This document shows positions 1 to 10,391 of a stretch of DNA of 64,000 nucleotides, one piece after another. A program made the translations under genes and the position numbers. Under the pieces are notes generated by a model that worked only from the letters and a program-made list of their open reading frames with translations, was not told where the DNA came from and ran no database searches. Source of the stretch: Azolla caroliniana (lineage: Eukaryota; Plantae; Polypodiophyta); the NCBI GenBank assembly GCA_043228905.1, contig JBHGNT010000008.1:8990001-9054000 (forward strand), in the 5' to 3' direction. Numbering within the stretch: the stretch's first letter is position 1; each line of letters opens with the position of its first letter.

Positions 1-1838
1 ACACGAGCATCCTGAAAGTAGGCAAGGTTCTTGTGGTCACTAAATACGGTGACCGGATGAGAGGATCCCTCCAGAAAATGCCTCCATTGCATAAAAGAAT
101 CTACTATTACAATAGCTCCTTATCATGAATTTCGTAGTTGATTTCGGCGGCGTCAAACTTGCGTGAGTGAAAAGCCACAGGATGTAGCTTCTCATCATTC
201 CCTTGTTGTGATAGAATGCTCCCCAATGCAAAATCCGATGCGTCAGCTTCGATAATAAATGGTTTTTCCGGATCGACATGAGCTAGAATTGGAGCCGATG
301 TAAATGCCTAAGACTCTCGAAAGCCACGTCCATTTCTTCAGACCACATGAACGGTTGTCCCTTCCTGGTAGGTTGTGTGAGAGGTAGAACGATCTTTGAG
401 TAATCTTGTATGAACTTCCGGTAAAAATTGGCAAAGCCTAGGAAGCATTGCACATCCCGCACCGAACGTGGAGTCTGCCATTCTACCACCATTTTGACCT
501 TAGCTGGGTCCATGGAGATGCCTTCTGATGAAATGATGTAGCCGAGAAATTCCACTTGGTTGCACCCGAAACTACATTTTTCCAGCTTTGCATACAGACC
601 ATGTTCTCGAAGTCGTTTTAGTACTAATAGTACATGAGAATCATGTTCTTCTTGGGTCTTTCAATAAACCAGTAGATCATCCAAATAGATGATCAAACAA
701 TCATCCAATAGATCTCGGAATATATCATTAGCCATGTGCTGGAAGACTGCCGGTGCATTAGTGAGGCCGAACGGCATGACTGTATACTCGAAGTGCCCAT
801 ATCTGGTGCGAAACGCGGTCTTCCATTCGTCTCCTGGTCGGATCCGTACGAGGTTATATGCTCCCCGTAAGTCGATCTTCGTGAAGAACCTGGCACCATT
901 GATCCGTTCTAAAAGACTTGAGATAAGGGGAAGAGCATACCTATTCCTGATTGTAACCTTATTCAGGCCACGGTAATCTACAACAAGACGAAGCGATCCA
1001 TCCTTTTTCATGACGAAGAAAATGGGCGCGCCGGCTGGAGATTTCGAATGCCGGATGAAACCATTTTCCAAATTCTCCTCTATATAGGCCCGAAGGACTT
1101 CCAACTCGGTTGGTGACAAATTGTAGATCGGTCCCCATGGCGGCTCTTTTCCCGGTTGTAAATCGATGGGGCAATCGTACGGTCGATGATGGGGAAGTGT
1201 GTTGGCTTGTACTTTATCGAACACATCGGCGTAATGACGATACTTCTCGGGAAGTTGAACGGTGGATCCTTCTTTAGTGGTGCTGGAGGGGTTTACTGAT
1301 ATTGCAAAGAGGAACATTTCCTCCTTGTGCCCTTCTTTATGCAACTGACGTAGCGAAATGTTTGCCATCTTCTGAGTTGACCCTTGGGTTTGTCGACACC
1401 GGATTTCTCTTGTTCTCCAATCTATGTCTGGGTTATGTAACTCGAACCACGGTAATCCTAAAACTATGGGATGTTCTGGGATACTAATAATATTAAATGA
1501 TACTACACATGCTAAGTTATCTAGGACAATATTAATGGGCTCTGACTCTTCTATGATATTTCCGGAAGCAATGGGACGTCCATCAATGACTACTACAGAG
1601 GCTGGACACTGGAGTTTTCTTAGGGATATCTTATGAGCTTGAGCAAATTTCTTATCCATAAAGCAAGAGTTAGCTCCGGAATCTAGGAGTGCTAGGACAT
1701 GTACTGGAGGGGTACTTTTAGTACTAACTATTACTTGGGCTACGAACACATCACTAACTTGCTTAGAGGGAATGGAACCACTAATGGGCTACACAGATCT
1801 AGGGCTGTCCAACCAAACGGCTCCTATTTTGGCTGGAC
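1..1838 (-). pseudogene. pol: pol (protease-RT-RNase H) of chromovirus copy 1, disrupted
   Basis: ORFs 661-1749 and 283-555 match the intact pol; premature TGA at 661 and a frameshift near 300. Confidence 0.93.
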
Positions 1839-2990
1839 TTAGTCGTTTAACTCTTCTTCTAACTGACTAAGGACATCAAATCTGTTTGCTAGATCTAGGC
1901 TATTAGTACTATTAGTACTATCAGATATCCCTACTGAAATAGGCTCGGGTTTAGTACAATTAGAACTAACGACTATTTGGTTTACCTGTCTTCTTGGCCT
2001 ATGGGGGCAATTTATTGCAATATGTCCTGGTCCACCGTAGTAAAGACATAGTCGATTTGTACAGCGTCGCTGCTTTTCTTCTTCGGATAATGGCCCTCGA
2101 CGACGTGTAGTGTCAATCTCCATCGGAGTCAGAGTATTCGCTGGAGGCGCATTATATGACTCCCTCGGAAAAGGTCTTGCTACCACGGAGGCATAGGTGG
2201 GTTCTGATCTTGCCCTCGGCATCTATAGTTGTCGTTCCGAACGTTGCTCAAAGAGGCGGTTGTCACATCTCACCGCGCGACTGATTGCTTCTATTAAGGA
2301 CTTTGGCTCTTCAGGGAAGGTCAAGAGTAAATCCTTGACGTCGTTGCGTAAACCATAACGGAATTGCTCCATCAACGCTTGATCATCCCAAGGGATATCA
2401 GTGGCGAGTAGGCGAAAATCTGCAGCATATGCGGAGGCTGGACGGTCACCTTGGCGTAATCGCCGAATTTTGTTGATTGCGGTCCTGATGCTGTCAGTAT
2501 CTCCGAAACATGCTTTAAACTCACCTAGAAACTCTTCAAAATTGTTGAGTAACGGGGATTCCTTTTCTAATAGTGGAGCGAACCATGCCAACGCTGAGCC
2601 ACTTAACAAAGTGCCTACTAAACCCACTGGTGATGCATTGGTGGGATACCGGGAAGGATGCATTTGAATAACTAATCGTACCTAGTTAAGGAACCCTCTA
2701 AACTGCGATTGCGTTCCATCGAACTTCGTGGGAAGGCCAATCTTGGGTTCTTTATGAATCCCTTGTGTTCCGGGCCCTTGTTGTTGCATCGCTACGATGG
2801 TTGCTTCGAGTTGTTGCACGCGTAACGCAAGTTCCCCATGCTGTTGTTGCGTTTGCTGCTTTTCTAAGGAGATTTGCTGAAGATCCCCCAGCAACCACTG
2901 GTTTTCTTGTTCCAAAGCATGGAACTTCTCTTTCAAGCATTGAAATTCCGAGAAAACAGATTGATATTCTTCAGCGCTAATAGTGGCCAT
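1839..2990 (-). pseudogene. gag: gag of chromovirus copy 1 with two premature stops
   Basis: Three in-frame ORF pieces (2682-2990, 2223-2663, 1839-2222) align colinearly to the intact gag at 9190-10359. Confidence 0.93.
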
Positions 2991-3063
2991 GGGATGAAAG
3001 AAAAGAGGAATAAGAGATTAGTAGGAAATGAGAGAGACAGAAGGTAGGCAAATCGGTTCAAAC

Positions 3064-3494
3064 TGTCAGGAACAGACTAAGACAGAGAAGGAATTAGTAC
3101 TAAAAGAAGTATTAGTACTAAGAGAGGTGAAGAACTCTCGAGAGAAGGAAAGAGTGAGTGAGAGGGAGGGAGAGAGAGATCGTGAGAGAGAGAGAGAGTG
3201 ATGATAAGAAAAGATATATATTATGTGAAGAAAATGTACAGTAGCTAGGAGGCTTAAGACTGGCGTTGAACCGATTTGGTTCGAAATAATGCCTTGTGCC
3301 TCCTTTTATAGTGTTCTAAGGAATACTCCTGAAGTTTCTAGAATGTTCCAGAGAAATCTGGAATATACATCAATTTTCTATAATAAAACATAAATGAAAA
3401 TAATATTCTATGTATTACAATGTATAGTCTAATGGTCAAGAGCTCGACCCATGTAGTATAAGGTCATGGGTTCGAGTCTTGCCATATCATGACA
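3064..3494 (-). repeat. 5' LTR of chromovirus copy 1
   Basis: Termini TGTCA...TGACA; homologous to 8622-9088; adjacent PBS-like AAATCGGTTCAAAC at 3050-3063 (plus strand). Confidence 0.9.
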
Positions 3495-3780
3495 CCAAGT
3501 GCATTTGAATGAGACATTTGTCATTGATGTCTTTAGGAAGCCTATGCATGTGAGGTAGACATGTCTTCTTCTGGTCCATACCATCGATCATTAGACACAT
3601 GTATTGTTCAGGATTCTTCAATGACTTTTCTCTATGGTGGATCACTTTCTTTCGCTCCAAAGCTTGGGGTTCGCGATGGTCCTATAATAATTTCGTATTC
3701 ATGTCCTTTTCCTTTGTTGTTTTGGCATATTTTGCCATGCTCTTGAGGTTTGCACATATTGAACAATACCCCATGCAACA
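3495..3780 (-). pseudogene. DNA-transposase-like exon (CxxC...H...IDGMDQ motif), interrupted by chromovirus copy 1
   Basis: Manual translation after a CAG acceptor (3783-3781): CCMGYCSICANLKSMAKYAKTTKEKDMNTKLL*DHREPQALERKKVIHHREKSLKNPEQYMCLMIDGMDQKKTCLPHMHRLPKDINDKCLIQMHL. From memory this resembles Sola1-like/DUF7869 proteins (unverified). Absent from the ORF track because of the internal stop. Confidence 0.6.
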
Positions 3781-4085
3781 CTGTGTCATTTGAAACAGGT
3801 AATATGTCACATTTTAAGAACCCTTTGACTAAAAAAGGCACAAAATAGGTCGTTTGACAAAAAGGGGTGCCGCATACGTAAAGGTTTTTCAAAAATGTCC
3901 CAAAAATATATTGATTTTTTGCATGTCCAAAAGTTTAGAGCTTTCCAAAAATGGCTAAATAATAGACATGCCAAACTTACAAAAGAATGCACAAAATTTA
4001 CAAAAGGACTACCGTATATATTTATAGATATTTGTGAATTGACATTTTGATGTAAAATACAATGGTTGCTCCCCCAATAGACCCC

Positions 4086-4164
4086 AACTCGATACCAAGT
4101 ATCGAGTTACTACCCTGTATGGACCCCAACTCAATACTTGGTATCGAGTTGGTATTGAGTTGGG
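4086..4164. repeat. Cluster of short inverted repeats (AACTC[G/A]ATAC / GTAT[C/T]GAGTT)
   Basis: Perfect 10-bp IR 4086-4095/4099-4108; perfect 13-bp IR 4125-4137/4152-4164; extra half-site at 4141-4150. Confidence 0.85.
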
Positions 4165-4180
4165 CCCATATGTGTACCAA

Positions 4181-5893
4181 ATGTGGGTGTGCGAAGACTT
4201 ATTAGTGAAGGACTCGTGCAGTCCTAAATCATTCAGATTAGCGATTGAGTTATCCCATAATTTGATCACAACACTACGACCATACATACAGGGCCATGTC
4301 TCATTAAAGGAGCACTTACCTTTCCTGATAAAGGCGACACCTAAAAAACTGCATGTGCACTCAAGGACAACCAAAAAGAAAGTGACCAAACTGTTTAAGT
4401 TAGCGTCATCAAGTTCAACAGATGACGAAGAGACGAGGACAACACTAGGGGCAGAGTTGTCATCTGGTGTGCTTTCCTCTAACCAAAATAAAATTAGAAG
4501 AAAGATAATGCAGAATAAACTAGTGTGGAAGGGACATGTCTTTAACCTCCGCATTACCTGCCCATCTTGACATCGACCACAAGAGATCACGAAGCCTCAC
4601 AAACTACACGCCCAGAACCTCAAAAAGAAAATGAAGATTAATCCCCATGAAACGTAGTACCATTCATCATAATGGTTGATCCTGATGAGTCTTTGTGTTT
4701 AGAAGATTTTGACGTAAGAAAACACGATCAATACAACTGTTATGTCATTGGGGGATCATGTCACAGACATATTGTCCTTAACAGATCACACTTGACAGAA
4801 GCAAGAAGGCAGTTGGTCAGAGAACATCCCACAACGTACTTCTTTAAGTATGTTGAATGTAAGATTTACGTGTCCCTAACAATGGATGAAGCGAAGTTAT
4901 TAGCATGGGACCATAACGACAACGACTACTGCCAGAAGATGTCATCGATAGAGCGCATCCGATTTTTTCACCATGAATACTTAGATGTCAAGCAAAAAAT
5001 TGGAGCAAAGATGTTTCCAGCACTTCAACGTCAATGCCTTCATGAAGTTGGGATCGTAGTGGACGATGCAGTAAAGTTTGATGGTTTTCGGAAGTACGAG
5101 TCATGGTTCCAACTTGCCTTCAGAGATGGGGTAGTTTGGGAATTGCAAGACCAGATCTTTACAATGTGGGAAAACACGGAAGTGAAACGTCAACATCAAA
5201 AAAAGGGAAAGTTGACCCACATGTAGAGTTGAAGTCAACCTTAGCCAAAAAGATTGACCTGACCATCGAGGAAGCAGTGGACGACATGAAGTTAACACCA
5301 TGGAGAGCCATGCACAGTATAAAAGAAGAGCAACTACTTGTGTCCGTCTTGTCTAGAGTCGTGATGAAAGAACTAAACTTAGAAGAAATGGTCATAGAGT
5401 TCAACAAGTAAGCCTAATACTTTGTTTTGAATACATGTTTTGTCTAGTCATAAGTGAAAATGGTTGTTTATGCTTTTCTAGTCACAAGATTTATATGAAA
5501 ATTCAGGGGGTGATGATGAAGCAACTTGGTTGCTTAACATGGGCACAAGTGAATGAAGAGTATCCGATTACGTCTTTATACAAGGCTTTATCGGAATATT
5601 TTATTTCTTTTAAGGATTGGGTTAGTATTACATATTTGAAGAATAAGTATGCGTTACTTCTTTTGTTCTTTTACATAGAAACCATGTCATAACGAGAAGC
5701 CTAGAGAAGTCAAAGATATACATGATTTTCCAACTTCCTTTCTGGCCCATCTTGAAAGAGCACGGAAAGAAAAGGACCAATGCTTAGTGAAGGCGTTCGA
5801 TGTGGACGATGAAGGAACTTTCAAGAAGTTCAGCCACAAAAAGGATATCACCCGAGAATTGTATTATAATATGTATTGCAGTGATGTGGCGGA
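4181..5893 (+). pseudogene. 5' half of ParB-like domain + amino-DNA-methyltransferase gene (introns 5408-5481 and 5621-5678)
   Basis: ParB/Srx-like pattern HAQNLKKKMKINP..VVPFIIMVDP...YVIGGSHLTEARRQL...CKIYVSLTMDEAKLLAWDHN after removing a 30-bp insert. Two GT-AG introns keep the frame. Ends ...YNMYCSDVA at a copia insertion. Has stops and frameshifts; true start codon uncertain. Confidence 0.7.
4759..4783. mobile_element. 25-bp TG...CA insertion with 5-bp TSD GATCA (minimal LTR relic)
   Basis: GATCA(4754-4758) TGTCACAGACATATTGTCCTTAACA GATCA(4784-4788); removal restores VIGGSH. Confidence 0.75.
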
Positions 5894-6577
5894 TGTTAGG
5901 AATATGTCCCTCCTATGGGAGGAGTCGACTGGTCGGGCCGAGTGCTGACAGTCGATGACATGGAGAGTTGACTGAGAGAGAGTTGACATGAAGAGCTGAC
6001 AATATAATAAGTGATCCAAGTCGAAGACACGATTGACTAGTCGGGCCGACGACAAGGTCGACCAGTCGGGTCGACTGGGCAGTAGACACTGGAGTTGGTT
6101 AGTTAAATCGACTAGTCGATCAGTCGGCTGATTAACTATTGTTGTTATTTAGGATAATAATAGGAATTATAGTAGCAGTGGCTACATTTGTAAATAGCCC
6201 ATATAGTGTATAAGTATAAATACACTTAGGGCAAACACAGAAAATGTGAGAGCAACAGAAGAATAGAAAGAGGTGTTGTAAGCCTTTCTAGTAGAGTGAG
6301 ACAAAGAAGAGAGAGTAGCGCGAGCAAGAGAGCGGCGACAAAGTTCGAGTGAACTTGCTAAGAACCCTAAGTGGTTTATCCTCTAAGATCATCAAAGAAT
6401 ATCTGTAACCGTTTTCTATATTCTCCTGTATAGTGCATATTTGTTCCCGTGGTTTTCCTTGTTTAGGGTTTCCACGTAAAAATGTGTATCTTGTTCATTT
6501 TGTTGCTTTTCTATTTCCACGTTATTGTGTAATACACAGTCAGTCTTCCTCACGAATTTTATGGTTTAATCCCATCA
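5894..6577 (+). repeat. 5' LTR of copia A
   Basis: TGTTAGG...CCCATCA; homologous to 26139-26812; followed by the iMet PBS. Confidence 0.9.
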
Positions 6578-6605
6578 AACTGGTATCAGAGCTTGAGGTG
6601 CAAGA

Positions 6606-7213
6606 ATGGAAGGAGGTGTGAGTGGCTTCCCAAGTATGATAGTTCTAAACTCTCAGAACTATGCCGACTGGAAGATAAAGATGGAAGACCTTCACATAGT
6701 AAAAGACCTGTACAATCCCATTGACAGAGCCGAAATACCCACGGGGGTATTAGAGTCTGCATGGAAACTTCTAAACAAAAAGGTGGTGGCCACCATCAGA
6801 CAATGTGTCGATGTAAGTGTCCTTTAACATGTGGCGAACAACACAAATGGCTACGAGATGTGGCAGAAGCAACACAAATGGCTACGAGATGTGGCAGAAG
6901 CTATTAGGTCTATATGAGAGGAAGAACACCCTCAACAAAACATCTTTGATGGTAAAGATTGTGGGGGTGAAATATAGGGACGGAGAAAGCATAGTGGAAC
7001 ATGTAAGCACATTCATGGGGTATGTAAACCAACTTACTGCGACCAAGTTTCCCCTTGACGATGCAATGCAGGCCATCATGCTACTGTGTACCCTGCCAGA
7101 CAACTCGGAGAATCTGGTGGTGACTCTCAACACCTCGTGTCAAGAAGAAAACTTGTCTCTACAAGAGGTAAAGTCAAGTAACCTGAACGAGGAGACAAAA
7201 AGGAAGGACAAAG
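6606..7213 (+). pseudogene. gag: copia A gag fragment, frameshifted by a 31-bp tandem duplication (6840-6901)
   Basis: LNSQNYADWKIKMEDL...LLCTLPD copia gag pattern; duplicated AACACAAATGGCTACGAGATGTGGCAGAAGC. Confidence 0.85.
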
Positions 7214-8603
7214 TGTTGAGAAATCGGTTCCTCCGAATGGGATCTGGTTATGAATGAAGTGGACCCGGTGAGAACCGGAGGAGATCTAGAAACCAGATCG
7301 GATGGACCCGGTGAGAATCGGAAGAAGACATATTTGTAAATATGTTTTTTGAGTAAGCCTATTGTGGCTATATTTGTAAATAGCCCTAAGTTCATATAAG
7401 TATAAATATGACTTAGGGCAATCACTTAAGCGTGTGGCTGTCATATTGTTGTTGATATAACTGTTGTATATAGAGAGAGAGGAGATATAGAGTTATACTC
7501 TGTTGTAACTGCCGGTTGGCAAGGATACAGAGCTCGAGGTTGTTGCCTTCGAGTCTCTGATTGTATCTTTCCTATATATAGTGATAGCTTGGAGTCTGTG
7601 GGCTCCCGTGGTTTTTTCCCGTTAGGGTTTTCCACGTAAACATCCTGAGTACTCTTTGTTGTGTGTGTATGTGTACGTGCGTTCACTTTCTATTTCCCAT
7701 TTCTGTGTTTTATTCTCATTGAAGTGATTCATTAGTCAGTTGTGGCCGAGCTATATTCCACGCTATTCTCTTCAATCTGGTATTAGAGCGAACAACATAG
7801 GAAATGGAAGAACTGTTCGGCGGCATGTTTAAGCTCACCGGTTCCAACTACTCAGCGTCGAAGTCAAAGATGAGGGATATGCTGGTGGTTAAAGATCTTT
7901 GGTTGCTAGCTTAGTTCGGGGACAAGAGACCGGTTAAGATTGACGCCGCAATGTGGGAGGTGATGCACATGAAGGCGACGGCATACATCCGGTGCTTCAT
8001 CGACATGAGCCTGTACAACAACTTCAATGAAGAGAGCAAGGCTCATGAACTCTGGGAGAAGATTGGAATCATGTTCCAGAACAAGAATGCTGTTAATCGG
8101 GTTTTAGTATTCCCGAAACTAGTGAGGCTCCGGTACCAAGACGACACCAGTATGGCGGAGCACATGAATGCCGTCAAGGGGCTAATACATCAAGCAACCT
8201 CGTTGGAAGTGCCTCTCGCCGATGAGGTACTCGCATTATTCCTGCTCGGTTCCCTCCCAGATAGTTGGAGACACTAGTTGTCATGTTGGGCAACGCTGGG
8301 ACGGAAGGAAAACAATTGTCCCTAGCAAGAGTCAAGTCAACCTTGCTAGATGAAGAAGCTCGCCGGAAGGACCAGGAGTCTGGAACTGATCTGAACACCC
8401 TAGTCACGGAAGATAACCACAACCGGGGAAGAGGCCGATATCGGAGTCCCCAAAATTGGGACAAATCGGGGACGAGGTCGAAGTCAAGGGGGAGGCCTAC
8501 TTGCTTCTACTATGGGAAGCCAGGGCACTTCCAGAAGAATTGTCGGCATTTCTGGAAAGAGAAAGAAACTGGCACCACCGATTCGAAGAAGAGTTTGGAC
8601 TGA
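7214..8603 (+). mobile_element. Ty1/copia element B, 5' portion (LTR 7214-7774, PBS 7778-7789, degenerate gag 7804-8603)
   Basis: TGTTGAG...TCTTCA LTR homologous to 28676-29222 and 63631-64000; PBS TGGTATTAGAGC; gag with LLGSLPDSW and zinc knuckle CFYYGKPGHFQKNC. Confidence 0.85.
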
Positions 8604-8621
8604 AATAGTTCGGACCGGAGA

Positions 8622-8911
8622 TGTCATAACTAGACTCGAACCCATAACCTTTTGTTACACGGGTCGAGACTTTACCATTAGGTTATGAATTGTAATTTGA
8701 AGGATATTATTTTCATTTAGGTTTTATTGGGAAATTGATGTATATTCCAGATTTCTCTGGAACATTCTAGAAACTTCAGGAGTATTCCTGAAGACACTAT
8801 AAAAGGAGGCGCAAGGCATTAGTTCGAACCAAATCGGTTCAACGCCAGTCTTAAGCCTTCTAACCACTGTTGTATATCTTCCTTCATATAATACATATAT
8901 CTTTCGCATCA

Positions 8912-8955
<44 letters not shown>

Positions 8956-9088
8956 ACTCATTCCTTCTCTCAAAGTTCGAAACCTCTCATAGTACTAATC
9001 CTTCTCTGTCTTAGTACTATTCCCCGACAATAGTACTAATCCTTCTTTTAGTACTAATTCCTTCTCTGCCTTAATAGAGTTCCTGACA
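8622..9088 (+). repeat. 5' LTR of the young chromovirus
   Basis: TGTCA...TGACA, direct repeat of 13936-14400. Confidence 0.97.
8760..8804 (+). promoter_or_regulatory. Heat-shock element array plus TATA box in U3
   Basis: GAAcaTTCtaGAAacTTCagGAGtaTTCctGAA (8760-8792; seven alternating nGAAn units, one imperfect), then TATAAAA at 8798-8804. Confidence 0.75.
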
Positions 9089-9102
9089 GTTTGAACCGAT
9101 TT
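9089..9102 (+). promoter_or_regulatory. Self-priming-type primer binding site
   Basis: GTTTGAACCGATTT lacks the TGG of a tRNA PBS; its TTGAACCGATTT is the reverse complement of LTR 8831-8842 (AAATCGGTTCAA), 33 nt from the TATA start. Confidence 0.8.
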
Positions 9103-9189
9103 TTTGGTGCCTGTCTGGTCTTTTCTCTCCCTCTTCCTTCTGTCTCCCTCCTTTCCTATTAGTCTCTTATTCCCCTTTTCCTTCATCCC

Positions 9190-10359
9190 ATGGCCACCGT
9201 TAGCGCTGAAGAGTATCAATCCATTTTCTCGGAATTTCAATGCTTGAAAGAGAAGTTTCATGCTTTGGAACAAGAAAATCAACGCTTGTTGGGGGATCTT
9301 CAGCAAATTTCCTTAGAAAAGCAGCAAACGCAACAACAGCATGGGGAACTTGCGTTACGCGTGCAACAACTCGAAGCAACCATCGTAGCAATGCAACAAC
9401 AAGGGCACGGAGCACAAGGGATTCATAAAGAACCCAAGATTGGCCTTCCCACGAAGTTCGATGGAACGCGATCGCAGTTTAGAGGGTTTCTTAACCAGGT
9501 ACGGTTAGTTATTCAAATGCATCCGTCCCGATATCCCACCGATGCATCACGAGTGGGTTTAGTAGGCACGTTGTTAAATGGCTCAGCATTAGCATGGTTC
9601 GCTCCGCTACTAGAAAAGGAATCTCCAGTACTAAATAATTTTGAAGAATTCATAAGTGAGTTTAAAGCATGTTTTGGAGATACTGACAGCATAAGGACTG
9701 CAATCAACAAAATCCGGCGATTACGCCAAGGTGACCGTCCAGCCTCCGCATATGCTGCAGATTTCCGCCTACTCGCCGCCGATATCCCCTGGGATGATCA
9801 AGCATTGATGGAGCAGTTCCGCTATGGTCTACGCAACGATGTCAAGGATTTACTCTTGACTTTCCCTGAAGAGCCAAAATCATTAACAGAAGCAATCAGT
9901 CGAGCGGTCAGATGTGACAACCGCCTCTTCGAGCGACGTTCGGAACGACAATTTCAGATGCCGAGGGCAAGATCCGAGCCTACCTATGCCTCAGTGGTAG
10001 CGAAACCTTTTCAAAGGGAGTCACATAATGCGCCTCCAGTAAGTACTCCAACTCCAATGGAAATTGACACTACAAGTCGTCGTGGGCCGCTATCGGAGGA
10101 GGAAAAGCAACGACGCCGAACAAACCGATTATGCCTTTATTGCGGTGGACCAGGGCATATCGCGATAAACTGTCCCCATAGACCAAGAAGGCAGGTAAAC
10201 CAAGTCGTTGTTAGTTCTGACTATACTAAACCCGAGTCTATTTTAGTAGGAATCTCTGATAGTCCTCATAGTCATAATAGTCCTAATAGTACTAATAGTC
10301 CGAATCTCGCAAACAAATTTGATATCCTTAGCCAATTAGAAGAAGAGTTTAACGACTAA
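9190..10359 (+). CDS. gag: Gag (coiled-coil N-terminus, retrotransposon capsid, CCHC zinc knuckle)
   Basis: 389-aa ORF; PTKFDG...LRQG capsid motifs; CLYCGGPGHIAINC knuckle. Confidence 0.96.
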   Translation: MATVSAEEYQSIFSEFQCLKEKFHALEQENQRLLGDLQQISLEKQQTQQQHGELALRVQQLEATIVAMQQQGHGAQGIHKEPKIGLPTKFDGTRSQFRGFLNQVRLVIQMHPSRYPTDASRVGLVGTLLNGSALAWFAPLLEKESPVLNNFEEFISEFKACFGDTDSIRTAINKIRRLRQGDRPASAYAADFRLLAADIPWDDQALMEQFRYGLRNDVKDLLLTFPEEPKSLTEAISRAVRCDNRLFERRSERQFQMPRARSEPTYASVVAKPFQRESHNAPPVSTPTPMEIDTTSRRGPLSEEEKQRRRTNRLCLYCGGPGHIAINCPHRPRRQVNQVVVSSDYTKPESILVGISDSPHSHNSPNSTNSPNLANKFDILSQLEEEFND

Positions 10360-10391
10360 GTCCAGCCAAAATAGGAGCCGTTTGGTTGGAC
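10347..10391 (+). promoter_or_regulatory. gag-pol -1 frameshift region (variant heptamer, 6-nt spacer, 11-bp stem-loop)
   Basis: G TTT AAC, spacer GACTAA, stem GTCCAGCCAAA/TTTGGTTGGAC (one G-U); pol is in the -1 frame. Confidence 0.7.

Larger units (their letters stand above)
1..3494 (-). mobile_element. Ty3/gypsy chromovirus (Tcn1-like) copy 1, degenerate; 3' part lies outside the window
   Basis: Minus-strand gag (1839-2990, broken by CAG>TAG stops), protease LLDSGA, RT YLDD and RNase H fragments, nearly identical in protein to the element at 8622-14400. 5' LTR at 3064-3494. Confidence 0.95.

Noticed and set aside
3421-3490. Independent tRNA genes or SINE insertions at the LTR tips
   Set aside because: No full cloverleaf, TSD or tail; the module is present in both LTRs of each element where both are visible, so it is part of the LTR.
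4009-4590. 193-aa minus-strand ORF
   Set aside because: Antisense to the ParB-MTase 5' region; no recognisable motif.
8724-8957. ORFs starting MSERERER / MRERERER (also 14038-14265)
   Set aside because: Antisense translations of the LTR (CT)n microsatellite.
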